Position numbers and translations under genes: made by a program. DNA of 64,000 nt, taken from NCBI RefSeq assembly GCF_009914755.1, contig NC_060938.1; one strand, written 5' to 3'. The stretch comes from the human T2T-CHM13v2.0 reference genome, Homo sapiens. Within the stretch, counting starts at the first letter, position 1. Each line of letters starts with the position of its first letter. Below the pieces are notes generated by a model, which saw only the letters and a list, made by a program, of their open reading frames with translations, had not been told where the DNA came from and ran no database searches. This document shows, one piece after another, positions 28,360 to 41,786 of this stretch.

Positions 28360-29068
28360 TGCACTCATCTAATTATTTAACAAACATCTATTGTTAGGCT
28401 AACAAGGGTCAGATGCTGAATTTTGTACTATTAAAGCAGATATTTTAGAAGCTGAACTCACCAAACATACTGACTAATTGGATATGAGTAGAGAAGGAGA
28501 AATTATATGAATAAACTATGGCTCCTACCTTAAAATAGAGTACCGTGTGTGGGGAGGTCTAAGCAAATAATACAGTTCAAATATAATAATCTGTGGAAGT
28601 AAGGTGAGAAGACAACTATCAGCCTGATGAAGATTCAGATGACTACTTAAAGGTGATGACATTTGAAGCTTATCTTTATCCAGTAGTGAAGAAAGATGAG
28701 GCTATTACTGAGAGTATGAAAAAAAATTAAGGTATAGAGTTATAAAATAACAATATACTTTTTGTTTTAAAACTATAGTTTTAAATAGTAATGTTCAAAA
28801 AGAAAATAGTGTGCATGGGCTGGAAAAGTAGGCTGGGACTAATCTATATGCTATGTTGATACATTTAAATACATTTATTCAGCAATGGGGTTAACACTGA
28901 AAGTTTTTACACTGCAGTGTGATAAAACCAATTAAGAGTCCTAAAATCAGTAGAAGGAGGAATGAAAGAGACCTGAGGCAATGATAACAGGCAACAATTA
29001 TAATAATCTAGGAGACCATTATGAGCAACTGAAGTAAACAATGGAAATGAAGGGGCAGGACCCAGAAG
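28360..29068 (-). mobile_element. L2 LINE 3' portion
   Basis: Antisense L2 tail 'cactcatctaattatttaacaaacatctattg' followed by degenerate L2 body. Confidence 0.55.
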
Positions 29069-29070
29069 TA

Positions 29071-29240
29071 CAGCTAATTCTCATTACTTGCAAGGTCCAT
29101 ATTTGTAAGTTTGCTTACTCACTAAAATTTATTTGTAACCCCCAAAATGAACACTCATGGCGACTTTTGCAGTCATTTGCAGACATGCCCAGAGTGGTGA
29201 AAAATTTGAGTTGCCAAATATGTACATTCCAAGCTGAGGA
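29071..29240 (+). mobile_element. MER82-like Tigger-family DNA transposon fragment (one end)
   Basis: TA|CAGCTAATTCTCATTACTTGC...'actcactaaaatttatttgtaacccccaaaat...cagagtggtgaaaaatttgagt'. Confidence 0.7.
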
Positions 29241-29392
29241 GAGGAGTTTGTGAGGTTCATCTTCTGTGGTTATCTGGAAGTTTTAGGTAAAATGAATGCA
29301 TTTCTTTAACAATGCCATCTAGAAAACTGGATTTAAATTACTATTTAAATTCTAAAAAAATTTTAATTGCTACAAATAAAGCTTAAATTGTT

Positions 29393-29520
29393 GTTTCATT
29401 CAACAAATTTTGCTGGGCACATATCATGTGTAAGGCATTATTCTAGACACTGGAGATACAGCAATGAAACATACAGACCCTAATTGCTATCCCCATAGAG
29501 ATTACATTTTAGCATGCCAT
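29393..29520 (-). mobile_element. L2 3' end
   Basis: 'tttcattcaacaaat...ggcattattctagacactggagatacagcaatgaa'. Confidence 0.75.
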
Positions 29521-31239
29521 GTCTCCCAAGAAAGGGAAATGGCATTATCCAAATAAATGTAGGTGAGTCTATGATGCATGAAAGTTAGACAATTAACAGA
29601 ATGAAATATAAAATAATGAAGGGGTCTCCCAAAACCATGGTAGGGATAAGAAGAGTCTCCAAAAATCACAGCAAAGACTGGTGAGAATGAACTTACTAAA
29701 ACAAATGAAAGTAACATGTAAGGAACACTTCTGGAAGTTTGTGGTGGATGGAATGGTAGGGAAGGTGGGATTCTACTTGCACATTTGAAAATTATACAAA
29801 TTTTCAACTGGCATATAAGCCTTTTAAAGTATCAACTATGTATTATATCCCTTTAGCAAACCCTAATAATCCTAAAATAGAGATGAATCCATCTAATGAA
29901 TTACCTCAAGGGCGTCCCTATATGCCCCTCAAGGATGGCTAAGCAAGAAGACTCATAAAGGTTCTTATTTCAGAATCAGAGAGATTCAGTCATCCTAGAG
30001 TGGTATGGCCCTGGGGTTGAATTAGAGTGTGAAACATGAAAATGCATCTTCAACCTTTAAACTGAGTGACAGCTGAGGATAGATACAAGACTGACAGAAC
30101 TGTTAATGAATTTTGTAACATGGTTGAGTACCTAGAAATGGCATTATTAATAATATAATGCTATTTGGCAGTTATTGCAATGCATGATGATGGTAACTGA
30201 TTTGTAGAAATTTATAGACACGTTGTTGTGTATTTATGCACACACATGTATATATGTATGTGTGTGTATATGTATTATTTGATACACAATTTTGTTTGAA
30301 TGCATTTAATTTTAATCCTGGGAATCTAAGAAGATCAAAGCATTATAAAACACTTTATTAGTTAATTTATAATCTGTTCATCATGAACTTTCAATGGATC
30401 AGAGAAAGGCTAAACAAAAGGAGAAATGACATATTAAGCAAATGCTAATATACGTGGTACTGCAAAGTTTATATTTAATTGACTGGAAAAACAAATTTTC
30501 TTGATTGCCTTATTTTTATAAATCTTTAAATAATTAATGCATTATGAATTATTTGAATTATTCTTATACATTTAATATAGCAAATTCCAAATAACCTTTA
30601 CTTCACTTTACCTACCAACTGTGTAGCATATACTTGGAAGATATAAAACTAATTTTTTATAGCATTCAAACTTAACATTTACATGACTATTCTTAATTAA
30701 TCTGAATTAGTAAGATTTGATGTCATTTCTATTTAGCTGCTAGTTGGCAGGGTTTAATTTTTCCACACATACTGGATACTATTGGATGAATAATTAACTT
30801 TTACTAGTCAGCTTCAATAATTTTACCCATTTGAAATACCAAACTATTTTGATTTTTCTTCTCTATAAAAACAGACTATCCAAATTACTTACATCAGAAA
30901 AGTAGTTGTCAAAATATTTCAAAAGCATTAAGCTAGATTTTTGATTCTGCAGAGATAGCTGTTAATTTATTCCTACTAAGATATTGAAATCTCAATGCTA
31001 CCATTTACCTTTTGAAGTATTTGCCAGAAAAACAAAAGTCAAACCCAGAATGAAAATCCACTGTTTTATTTATGAATAAATAATGTGAAAGAAGAGTTTC
31101 TGTGTAAGTTAAAAGAAGAAGACAGGGTTTTAAAAAATATATCTGAACATCAACCTAATCAAAAGCAGAGACAGTTAGATATTTGAGATATAGACAAGTG
31201 AGAAGTCATTTCAAAAGTGATACCAATTAATCTGAGTAA

Positions 31240-31602
31240 ATCTATGGTCTGAATGTTTTTGTACCCCCACAATTCACATGTTAAAAAGCCAGTCACCAAG
31301 GTGATGGTATTACAAGGTGGGGCCTTTCAGATGTGATTAGGTCATGAGGGCTCCACCCATGTGAATGGGATTAATGAATGCCCTTATAGAAGAGGCATCA
31401 GAGTGGGCCGTTCCCCTTTTGCCTAGCGAGGCTCCAACATGGAGGTGCCATCTATGAGGAATCGGCCCTCACCAGACACCAAATCAGCTGGCACCTTGAT
31501 CTTGGACTATCCAGACTCCAGAATCATAAGCAATAAATTCCGTTGATTATAAAGTACCTAGTCTCAGGTATTCTGTTATAGCAGCCTGAAAAGACTAAGA
31601 CA
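31240..31602 (+). mobile_element. MLT1A-type MaLR LTR
   Basis: 'ctatggtctgaatgt...gattaggtcatgagggc...ggcaccttgatcttggact...aataaa...gactaagaca'. Confidence 0.9.
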
Positions 31603-31674
31603 GCTACACTCCAACCAAAATAGCTAAAATGAAAAGACAGAAAAATACCAAAAGGGTAGGCTAGTGAAAATGTG

Positions 31675-32195
31675 AATAAATATCCATTTGCAGGTTTTCA
31701 TGTGGTCATAAGTTTTCATCGCCTTTTGGTAAATATCAATGAGTGTAGTCAGTGGGTCATATGGTAAGAATATGTCTATTTTTATAGAAAATTACTGAAC
31801 TGTCTTCCAAAGTGGCTGTATCATTTTGTATTTCTACCAGCAATGAATGAGAGTTCCTGTTGCTCCACACCCTCACCAGCATTTGGCATTGTCATTGCTC
31901 TGAATTTTTGGACACTCCAATAGATTCATAGTGATATCTCATTGCTATTTTAATATGCATTTCCTTGATGACATATGATGTGGAGTATCTTTTCATATGC
32001 TTGTTTTCCATCTTCATATCTTCATTGGTGAAGTGTTCATTAAGGTCTTTGGCCCATTTTTTAAATTGGGTTGTTTGTTATTTAATTGTTGAGTTTTAAG
32101 AGTTCTTTGTACATTGCAGATAACTGTCTCTTATGGTTATGTCTTTCACAAATATTTTCTCTCAGTCTGTAGCTTGTCTATTCATTCCCTTGAAT
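31675..32195 (-). mobile_element. L1M (MC/MD-like) ORF2-end fragment
   Basis: 'ctgtcttccaaagtggctgtatcattttgtatttctaccagcaatgaatgagagttcctgttgctccaca'. Confidence 0.8.
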
Positions 32196-32251
32196 CTATG
32201 TACTTTTCAGTTTTTGCATTACATCATTTACTTTGTATTTAGCTATTTACC

Positions 32252-33360
32252 TTTTTTTATTGTGGTAAGCATGCATAATATAAAATTTGCCATTTTAACG
32301 ATTTTTTAAATTTTTTGTTATTATACTTTAAGTTCTGGGGTGCATGTGCAGAATGTGCAAGTTTGTTACATAGGTATACACTTGTCATGGTGGTTTGCTG
32401 CACCCATCACCCTGTCATCTACATTAGGTATTTCTCCTAATGCTATCCCTCCCCTAACCCCCCACTCCCCAACAGGCCCCGGTGTGTGATGTTCCCTGCC
32501 ATGTGTCCATGTGTTCTCATTGTTCAACTCCCACTTATGAGTGAGAACATGCAGTGTTTGGTTTTCTGTTCTTGTGTTAGTTTGCTGAGAACGATGGTTT
32601 CCAGCTTCATCCATGTTCCTGCAAAGGACATGAACTCATCCATTTTTATGGTTGCATAGTATTACATGGTGTATATGTGCCACATTTTCTTTATCCAGTC
32701 TATCATTGATGGGCATTTGGGTTGCTTCCAAGTCTTTGCTATTGGGAACAGTGCCACAATAAACATACGTGTGCATGTATCTTTATAGTAGAATGATTTA
32801 TAATCTTTTGGGTATATACCCAGTAATAGGATTGCTGGGTCAAATGGTATTTCTAGTTCTAGATCCCTGAGGAATCACCACACTGTCTTCCACAATGGTT
32901 GAACTAATTTACACTCCCACCAACAGTGTAAAAGCGTTCCTATTTCTCTACATCCTCTCTAGCATCTGTTATTTCCTGACTTTGTAATGATCGCCATTCT
33001 AACTGGCATGATTTTAACGATTTTTAAATGTATAGTTTGGTGGCATTAAGTACTTTCCCATTGTTATGCAGCCATCACCACTAACCATCTCCAGAATGTT
33101 TTCATCATTCAAAACTGAAACTCTATACCCATTAAACAATAACTCCTCATTCACCCTTCTCACCCGGGCCCCTGGAACCACTATTCTACCTTGTGTGTCT
33201 ATGAATTTGACTATTCTACCTATCACATATGGAATCATACCATATTTGTTCTTTGCGTCTGACTTTTTTTATTTAGCATAATGTCTTGAAAGTTTATCCA
33301 CATTGTAGCAAGTGTCAGAATTTCATTCCTCTTTTAGGCTGAATAATGTTTCATTGTATG
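32252..33360 (-). mobile_element. L1MB-type 3' end, interrupted by L1PA
   Basis: 'ttttttattgtggtaa...ataaaatttgccattttaac' resumes after 33010 with 'aaactgaaactctatacccattaaacaataactcc'. Confidence 0.85.
32312..33010 (-). mobile_element. L1PA (PA7-like), 5'-truncated
   Basis: Antisense primate L1 3'UTR 'ttattatactttaagttctgggg...'; TSD ATTTTAACGATTTTT(T)AAAT at 32292-32311 and 33011-33029. Confidence 0.95.
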
Positions 33361-33449
33361 CCATCAGTTTTAAATGTCATATAAACTGCCACTACATCAA
33401 ATCCGTCAGGTCAGACATCCTTGACTAACTGATAACTTGTAAAATACCA

Positions 33450-34042
33450 TAAGCAACCCAACATTTGCCAACAGATGTACAGATGAAGAAAATGTGGTAC
33501 ATATACATATACACAATGGAGTATTATTCAGCCATAAAAAGAATGAAATCCATTATTCGCAAAAACATGGATGAAACTGGAGATCATTATGTTAAGTGAA
33601 ATAAGCCAGGCACCAAAAGAGAAACATCGCATGTTCCCATTTACTTGTGGGGTCTAAACATCAATATAATTGAACTCATGGACAGAGAGGAGAAGGATGG
33701 TTACCTGAGGCTGGGAAGGATAGTGAGGTTCAGGGGAAAGATCAGGATGGTTAATGGGAACAAAAAAAATAGAAAGACTGAATAAGAACTACTATTTGAT
33801 AGAAGAACAGAGTGACTATAGTCAATAATAACTTAATTGTACATTTTAAATAATTTAAAGAGTATAATTGGATTGTTTGTAACTCAAAGGATAAGTGCTT
33901 GAGAGGATGGATACCCCATTCTCCATGATGTGCTTATATCTCATTGCATGCCTGTAATCAAAACATCTCATGTATGCCATAAATATATACACCTATATTA
34001 TTTACATAATCATTAATTATGTACCCACAAAAATTTTTAAAA
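33450..34042 (+). mobile_element. L1MA (MA2/3-like) 3' end
   Basis: 'aagaaaatgtggtacatatac...gactatagtcaataataacttaattgtacatttt...tatgtacccacaaaaattttt'. Confidence 0.9.
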
Positions 34043-36095
34043 GGCCAGGAGTGGTGGCTCACGTCTGTAATCCCAGCACTTTGGAAGGCTGAGGCGGGCG
34101 GATTATGAGGTCAGGAGATCAAGACCAGCCTGGCCAACATAGTGAAACCCCCGTCTCTACTAAAAATACAAAACTTGCTCTCCCTCTCCCTCTCCCTCTC
34201 CCTCTCCCTCTCGGTCTACTTCTCCCTCTCCCTCTCCCTCTCCCTCTCCCTCTCCATCTCCCTCTCCCCACGGTCTCCCTCTCCCTCTCTTTCCACGGTC
34301 TCCCTCTGATGCCAAGCCGAAGCTGGACTGTACTGCTGCCATCTCGGCTCACTGCAACCTCCCTGCCTGATTCTCCTGCCTCAGCCTGCTGAGTGCCTGC
34401 GATTGCAGGCGAGTGCCGCCATGCCTGACTGGTTTTCGTATTTTTTTGGTGGAGACGGGGTTTCGCTGTGTTGGCCGGGCTGGTCTCCAGCTCCTAACCG
34501 CGAGTGATCCGCCAGCCTCGGCCTCCCGAGGTGCCGGGATTGCAGACGGAGTCTCGTTCACTCAGTGCTCAATGGTGCCCAGGCTGGAGTGCAGTGGCGT
34601 GATCTCGGCTGGCTACAACCTCCACCTCCCAGCCGCCTGCCTTGGCCTCCCAAAGTGCCGAGATTGCAGCCTCTGCCCGGCCGCCACCCTGTCTGAGAAG
34701 TGAGGAGCATCTCTGCCTGGCCGCCCATCGTCTGGGATGTGAGGAGTCCCTCTGCCCGGCTGTCCAGTCTGGGAAGTGAGGAGCCCTCTTCCCGGCTGCC
34801 ATCCCGTCTAGGAAGCGAGGAGAGTCTCTGCCCGGCCGCCCATCGTCTGGGATGTGAGGAGCCCCTCTGCCTGGCTGCCCAGTCTGGGAAGTGAGGAGCG
34901 CCTCTTCCCGGCCGCCATCCCATCTAGGAAGTGAGGAGCGTCTCTGCCCGGCCGCCCATCATCTGAGATGTGGGGAGCGCCTCTGCCCTGCCACCCCGTC
35001 TGGGATGTGAGGAGCGCCTCTGCCAGGCTGCCCCGTCTGAGAAGTGAGGAGCCCCTCCGCCCGGCAGCCGCCCCATCTGAGAAGTGAGGAGCCCCTCCGC
35101 CCGGCAGCCGCCCCATCTGGGAAGTGAGGAGCATCTCCGCCTGGCAGCCGCCCCGTCCGGGAGGGAGGTGGGGGGCGTCAGTCCCCGCCCAGCCAGCTGC
35201 CCCGTCCGGGAGGGAGGTGGGGGGGTCAGCCCCCGCCCAGCCAGCTGCCCCGTCCGGGAGGGAGGTAGGGGGTGCCTTAGCCCGGCCAGCCGCCCCGTCT
35301 GGGAGGTGGGGGGGCGCCTCTGCCCAGCCGTCCCTTCTGGGAAGTGAGGAGCCCCTCTGCCCGGCCACCAACCCGTCTGGGAGGTGTACCCAACAGCTCA
35401 TTGAGAACGGGCCATGATGACAATGGCGGTTTTGTGGAATAGAAAAGGGCGAAAGGTGGGGAAAAGATTGAGAAATCGGATGGTTGCTGTGTCTGTGTAG
35501 AAAGAAGTAGACATGGGAGACTTTTCATTTTGTTCTATACTAAGAAAAATTCTTCTGCCTTGGGATCCTGTTGATCTATGACCTTACCCCCAACCCTGTG
35601 CTCTCTGAAACATGTGCTGTGTCCACTCAGGGTTAAATGGATTAAGGGCGGTGCAAGATGTGCTTTGTTAAACAGATGCTTGAAGGCAGCATGCTCGTTA
35701 AGAGTCATCACCACTCCCTAATCTCAAGTACCCAGCGACACAAACACTGCGGAAGGCCGCAGGGTCCTCTGCCTAGGAAAACCAGAGACCTTTGTTCACT
35801 TGTTTATCTGCTGACCTTCCCTCCACTATTGTCCTATGACCCTGCCAAATCCCCCTCTGCGAGAAACACCCAAGAATGATCAATAAAAAAAAAAAAAAAA
35901 AAGAAAAAAAATACAAAACTTAGCTGGGCGTGGTGGCGCATGCCTGTAATCCCAGCTACTCAGGAGGCTGAGGCAGGAGAATCTCTTGAACTAGGGAGTC
36001 AGAGGTTGTAGTGAGCCGAGATCGCGCCACTGCACTCCAGCCTTTGCAACAGAGCAAGACTCCGTCTCAAAAAACCAAACCAAAACAAAAAAATT
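34043..36095 (+). mobile_element. AluS SINE split by SVA (left arm 34043-34176, right arm 35922-~36095)
   Basis: The left monomer ends in the linker TAAAAATACAAAACTT; the right monomer resumes AGCTGGGCGTGGTGG after the SVA. Confidence 0.95.
34177..35906 (+). mobile_element. Full-length SVA retrotransposon (B-D-like)
   Basis: (CCCTCT)n hexamer ~34178-34290, antisense Alu-like ~34290-34670, VNTR ~34670-35385, SINE-R ~35385-35885, AATAAA and polyA; perfect 15-bp TSD AAAAATACAAAACTT at 34162-34176 and 35907-35921. Confidence 0.98.
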
Positions 36096-37595
36096 AGAAA
36101 ACACAACCAAATTGGCCAAAATCCTGTGTAAATAATGTATACCTTCATACTATTATTTAAGATAACTTAGAATGTTCCTTGCTCTCAAGGGTCTCCCTTC
36201 CTTACTTCCAACATGTAATTTATTCTACATAGACTATTTTTAAACTCAAATATTCCTGAAAAAGAGTAACCTATTTAAAAAAAAGCATCTTGAGATGGTT
36301 TACATTTACTGCTTTCCTTTACAACAAGAGAGGCCTTAAGAGGAAGGGAAAGAAAACATTTCTCTGTTTCTACTACTTTGTGTCATTTAATGCTCAAACC
36401 AGGTTAATAAAGTAGGACTGGTTATTTTCCTCTTGAATATGAGGAAACAGAGACAGGTTAAGCAACTGAGACCAGATGAACAACTTGTATGTGGGAAACT
36501 GGGTTTTGTTTTCAGGAATAATGCTTTCCTACTATACCATGCTGCCTACCAGGAAGAGACATAATTCATGAAAGAAGGAAAAGAAAGGTAATACGAAAGA
36601 ACAACTAACTCTATTAACTTCCTAATTTTGTTCAAAACTAGCCTGGGCTATCAGTGTAACTGATCTCTTTCACTGGAAATTGTTCTCGGGTGTGAAATGG
36701 CTGATGTAAAACATATCAAATCTAATTTAAATATTTAATCTATATTGAACTGTCCCTACCAAAAAAAACATATATACTTACAGAAAAAAAAAAGCAACTG
36801 AATCCTTTTGTAACTGTACAACTATTATGGGAAAAGTGCCTAATTGATTCATCTGAAGAAATCCTCTGCCTCTAGCCATTATGCCCGCAGCACCTCCTAC
36901 GGATGGGCTCTTTCCTATGAACAAGAGGAAAACAATACCCAGGCTTACGTTTCCTAAGTCATTTCAGTGTTTCAAATTCTTGCTGTTAGTAATTTCTTGT
37001 GCAGGCATTAAAAAAATTCATCTTGCTGGTCACTAGGAATGATTTTCAGAGTAGGGAGAGAGTAACTGGCCACTATCCTTCAAATACTAGAAGATTCTCA
37101 TTGAGCTTTCTTTCCCCAGGTGAAATAATTCTTTCATCCTATCTCCTAAAATAACCAGAATTTTCTTAGCATTTAGTAAGAAATGTCAGAAAGCAACAAT
37201 TCATCTGAAACTATTTAGTATCAGCTCAGATTCATAATTGTCAAATAGATTTGCCAATATCAAACATAAACATAAAATTGGGTTTCTGAGTTTAGTGCAA
37301 ATTAAGCTAAAATAACCCAAAGTGATATTTATTAAAATAGGAGAAGATGTAGCTATGTTACTCAGATTTTAAAACATATCTTATCATAGTATTTTAATTT
37401 TCTGGACTCACTTATAGAAAGAGAGATACAGATAAAGATAGAGATAGGGAGAGCTAGAGGAAAAATAGAAAGGTGTAGATCATAAATTCAGGCTATTTCT
37501 GAAGAAAATATAAAACAGCTGCTAAAATTAGTATAAGTAGCTATCACATAAAATATTCACGTCACTTATTTTATTGTGTTTTGGAGGTTACCTCA

Positions 37596-39153
37596 TTTTT
37601 AACAGCTTTACTGATATATAATTTGCATACCATATAGTTCACCTGTTTAAAGTATATAATTTAATGGATTTTAGTATATTTATAGAGTTGTGCAATCATC
37701 ACCATTAGCTAATTTTAGAACATTTTCATCACTCCATAAAGAAACCGCATGCCCTTTAGCAATCACTGTCTGTTTCCTCCCTTACTCCTCCATTCATTCC
37801 TAGGCAACACTGATCTACTTTCTGTCTCTGTAGATTAGCTTATTCTGAACATTTCTTATAAACGAAATCATGCACTAGTTGGTCTTTTGTGACTGACTTC
37901 TTTTACCTAGTGCACGGTTTTTGAGGTTCATTCATATTGTGGCAAATAACAGTATATTATTCGTTTTTATTGTAGAATAATATTCCCTTATATGGCTACA
38001 CCACATTTTATTTTTCCACTCATCAAGTGATAAGCATTTTGGTTGTTACCACTTTTTTGGCTATTACAAATAATGCTGCTATTTATGTTTGTATATAGTT
38101 CTTTGTGTGAACATAAGCTCCCATTTTTCTTGGGTAGATATCTAGGAGTGGAATTGCTGGGTCATATGGTAACTCTATTCTTAACCTTTTGAGGAACTGC
38201 TAAACCATTTTCTAAAATGGCTTCGACTTTTATAACACCGTCACAATGTACAAGAGTTCCAGTTTCTCAAATTTTCACTAACAATTGTGTCTGTTTTTAT
38301 TATAGCCATTCAGTTGATGTGAAGTGGTATCTCACTGGGGTTCTGACTTGCATTTCAGTAATGACTAATGATTTTGAGCATTACTTTGTGTGTTTATCAT
38401 TTTTATATTTCTCTGGAGAACTGCCTATTCAAATGCTTTGCCCATTTTTAAATTGGTTTGCTTGTTCTATTATTGTAAGAATTCATATATTCTAGATTCA
38501 AGTCCCTTATCAGATACATGATGGGCAAATATTTCCTTTTATAGTGTGGGTTGTCTTTTCACCTTCTTGATGGTGCTCTTTGAAGCATAAAAGTCTTAAT
38601 TTTGATGTTCAATTTACCAATTTTCTATTTTATCACCCATGCTTTGATTTCATTCCTAAGAAATCACTGCCTAACGCAGAGATTTACTTTTATTTTAGTT
38701 GTAGGACTTACATTTAGGTCTGCAATCACTACTGTGAGTTCATTTTTGTGTATGACATTATGTAGGACCCTAAATTCATCTTTTTGCAAATGGATAACCA
38801 GTTGTACCAGCACCATTTCTTGAAGAGTATTCTTTCCCCCATTGAATTGACTCGCCCCTTTGCCAAAAATCAATTAACCAAAAATACTAGATTAATTTCT
38901 ATATTATTAATTTTATTCCACTGATCTATGTATTTATCCTGTGTCAGTACCACACTGGCTTGATTATTGTAACTTACTATAGCAGGTTTTCAAATTGGAA
39001 GTATAAGTCCTCCAAGTTCATATACCTTTTTCATGATTGTCTTGGCTAGTCTGATCCCCTTGAATTTCCATATGAATTTTAAGATCAGGTTGTCAATTTC
39101 TCCAAAAAACAAATAACTAGATGGGATTTTGTTAGGGATTGCATTGAATCTGT
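37596..39153 (-). mobile_element. L1MB-type LINE, 3' ~1.55 kb
   Basis: 'tttttaacagctttactgatatataatttgcataccata...ggaattgctgggtcatatggtaactct...gggattgcattgaatctgta'. ORF 38664-38873 'IFGKGASQFNGGKNTL' is L1 ORF2-like. Confidence 0.9.
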
Positions 39154-41422
39154 AAGAGGTTAACTCTTTGATATCTTTTATTAGATATAAACTATCATGG
39201 TTATAATAAATGGCTAATTATTTTGAATTTGATAAAAAGTTAAAGAGATATGGTTGTACTTTATAAGTAGTTGGCAGCAATAACACAGCAATTTCAAAAA
39301 CATTACAACAAGGTTACATTCAGTGTTTGTGATCATTTTAACTTTAATATATTAAAAATTGCTTGAGATAAGACCTTCAAAAATCAAAAAACCTATGGCC
39401 ATTAAAGGTCTTAAAATTGGTCTGGAATCAACTGTAAAGGAATCACATAAATTCTCAACTCTATAGAATGAAATAAAGCCTTGTATGTGTTTCATTGAAA
39501 TGTAAACAAGTCACACGATACCTTTGTTGTGGTCTGTTACTCAACAATATAGAAGTCAAGTAATATCAGATTATACAATAGTCTAAGAAAAACCACTTCC
39601 CTCTTTGACCTAGTTTCAAAAGCATTTTCTCTTGGCTTTGAAGATGAATAAATATGCTTGTTAAAGTATTAGGTCAGGCCATCCACTCTTAGTAATGGGT
39701 TCTATTAATTATCCTTTAGTCTGTGTTAAAGCAATTTTTAAATTTTAGTTGGAAAGAAGATGCTTTATTGTATAAGCCTTTTAATTTCTCATTTACTTAC
39801 TAAATGATTATATATTGATTGCCCAGGGGATCTTTCAGTATCTTTAGCCTTTGATTATCCTTTTTAATATGAACAGTAACTTTACAGATAATCCCACAGC
39901 TAAACAAATATCATGCATTGAGATGCTTGAAAATAATTTTTTGTAGCCCCCCTGGTTATTTCATAAAGTTTAAAGACTGGAATGACCATTTTCTTCAATG
40001 AAGGCTTTTCAAAAAAATAAGCTATTATTATCCATTACATTTTTAAAGCACCATCATATTTATTATTTTAGCCAGTTATAGAAGATAAATTTTAAAATTT
40101 TTGCCTTGTAACAGCTAAATGCAAAGTGTTAGCCAGGATCCTTAGTTCCATTAAGACAGAAAATATTGGCGGAGATATTGTGATTACTTTATTTTCAAAT
40201 TGGTTGGATGATCCTAGCTCCAGATGCACTGGAACTGTGAAGCTGACTGGAGGAAATTAGTAATTTCATGTTCTTTGTCCAGAAAATTGTTCAGTGGTTC
40301 CTGAACATCTTAGTACTTGAACTATATCTTAAGTTGATGTGCTAATTGAATAACAAAAATTCTAAGATAAGAATACATTTGCAAATATAGCATACCCCTA
40401 CTGCTATTTTGTAAAATTTATAACTGGTTTTAGAAATGGTTAACTTATCAGTATCTAAAAGATTATGCCTAAAGAAACTGGCAAGTTGTTTATCCTCTCA
40501 GTAGCTTAGTAATGAATCATTTTTTTAATTGAGTTTTATATACGAGGCAGTCGATAATGCTAGTATGAATATCCAAATCATATGTAAACTTATCAGATTA
40601 TTCACAACTAAAATAAAAATACCAGAAAACTTCATTGATTATAAAAAATTACTTTCTTATGAAAGAGAGTAAATAAACATTTATTAGCGTGTATCATTCT
40701 TTTGATATATCGTAGAATGAATGCTGTTTTACAAAATATTTAGCTTAGAGGAGTATTACTTCATTAAATTCAACAAAATATATCTTTAGCTTAAATAGTC
40801 AGTGATAATTTCTACAGTAATCTTTCAACCTGTTTCCCTCCCACTACTGTTACCTCTTTTTGTGAGTCTTTCACAACCTTATGAGTAAAGGGATGAGATG
40901 AGAACACCTATGTTTTAGAGAAGTTATGTAAGTTAATTGAAGTCACACTGCAAACAATGACAAATCCTTGATTCAAATTCAAATAGATCTAACTTAAAAA
41001 TTACATGAATTTTTTTATTATACCATTACACTACAATTTTCTCTATAGCCAGTAGCAAAAGTGATAGTGGCTACTATCACTGCCACCATCACTACAATCT
41101 TGCCTCCTTATTTCTTGAGCTATACATCTAAAGCCTCCCATCAATGTAGCATGCATGTTCTAGGGCAATTTAAAGTAGAATTAGGGCTCCTAGGGGCCAG
41201 ACCCTAACTTGAAAGTGACTTCAGACCTGTATATAAAAAAGCAATGGATGAGAATGTCTGCTCTGTGCAATAAAAGCCTCTGAGAAACAGGAATAAATCC
41301 AAGTAAAATGAACAGGTAAAGACGGTGTAACCCAAATGTTTTCAAATGTACCAGCTTTGTGGTCCCTTTGTATCAAAGGTACCTCTGCATCTTATAACTT
41401 TTTTCTCATAATTTTTTTCTTA

Positions 41423-41786
41423 TGTCTTAGTTCATTCAGACTGCTGTGACAAAAATTCCTAGTCTTGGTGGTGTATAAAAACAGAAATTTATTTCTCACA
41501 GTTCTGCAGGCTGAAAAATGCAAGATCGAGGCATTGGCAGATTAGGTGTCTGGTGAGGGCCTGCTTCCTGGTTCATAGATGGTGCCTTCTCACTGAGTTC
41601 TCATATGGTAAAAGGAACATAGGAACTCTCTAGGGTCTCTTTTTTAGGGGCACTAGTTCCATTCATGAAGGTTCTGCCCACATAACCTAATCACCTCCCA
41701 AAAACCCCACCTCCTGACACCATCATATTGGGAGTTAGCCTTCAACATATGAATTTGGGGAAGACACAAAAATACAATCTATGGCA
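41423..41786 (-). mobile_element. MLT1A-type MaLR LTR
   Basis: TGTCTTAGTTCATTCAGACTGC...'ttcaacatatgaatttgggg...tctatggca'. Confidence 0.9.

Noticed and set aside
34105-35879. Cluster of GC-rich ORFs up to 197 aa (e.g. 34808-35401, and RG/EG/PL dipeptide ORFs)
   Set aside because: All are translations of the SVA hexamer, Alu-like, VNTR and SINE-R domains. The apparent CpG island is the SVA itself.
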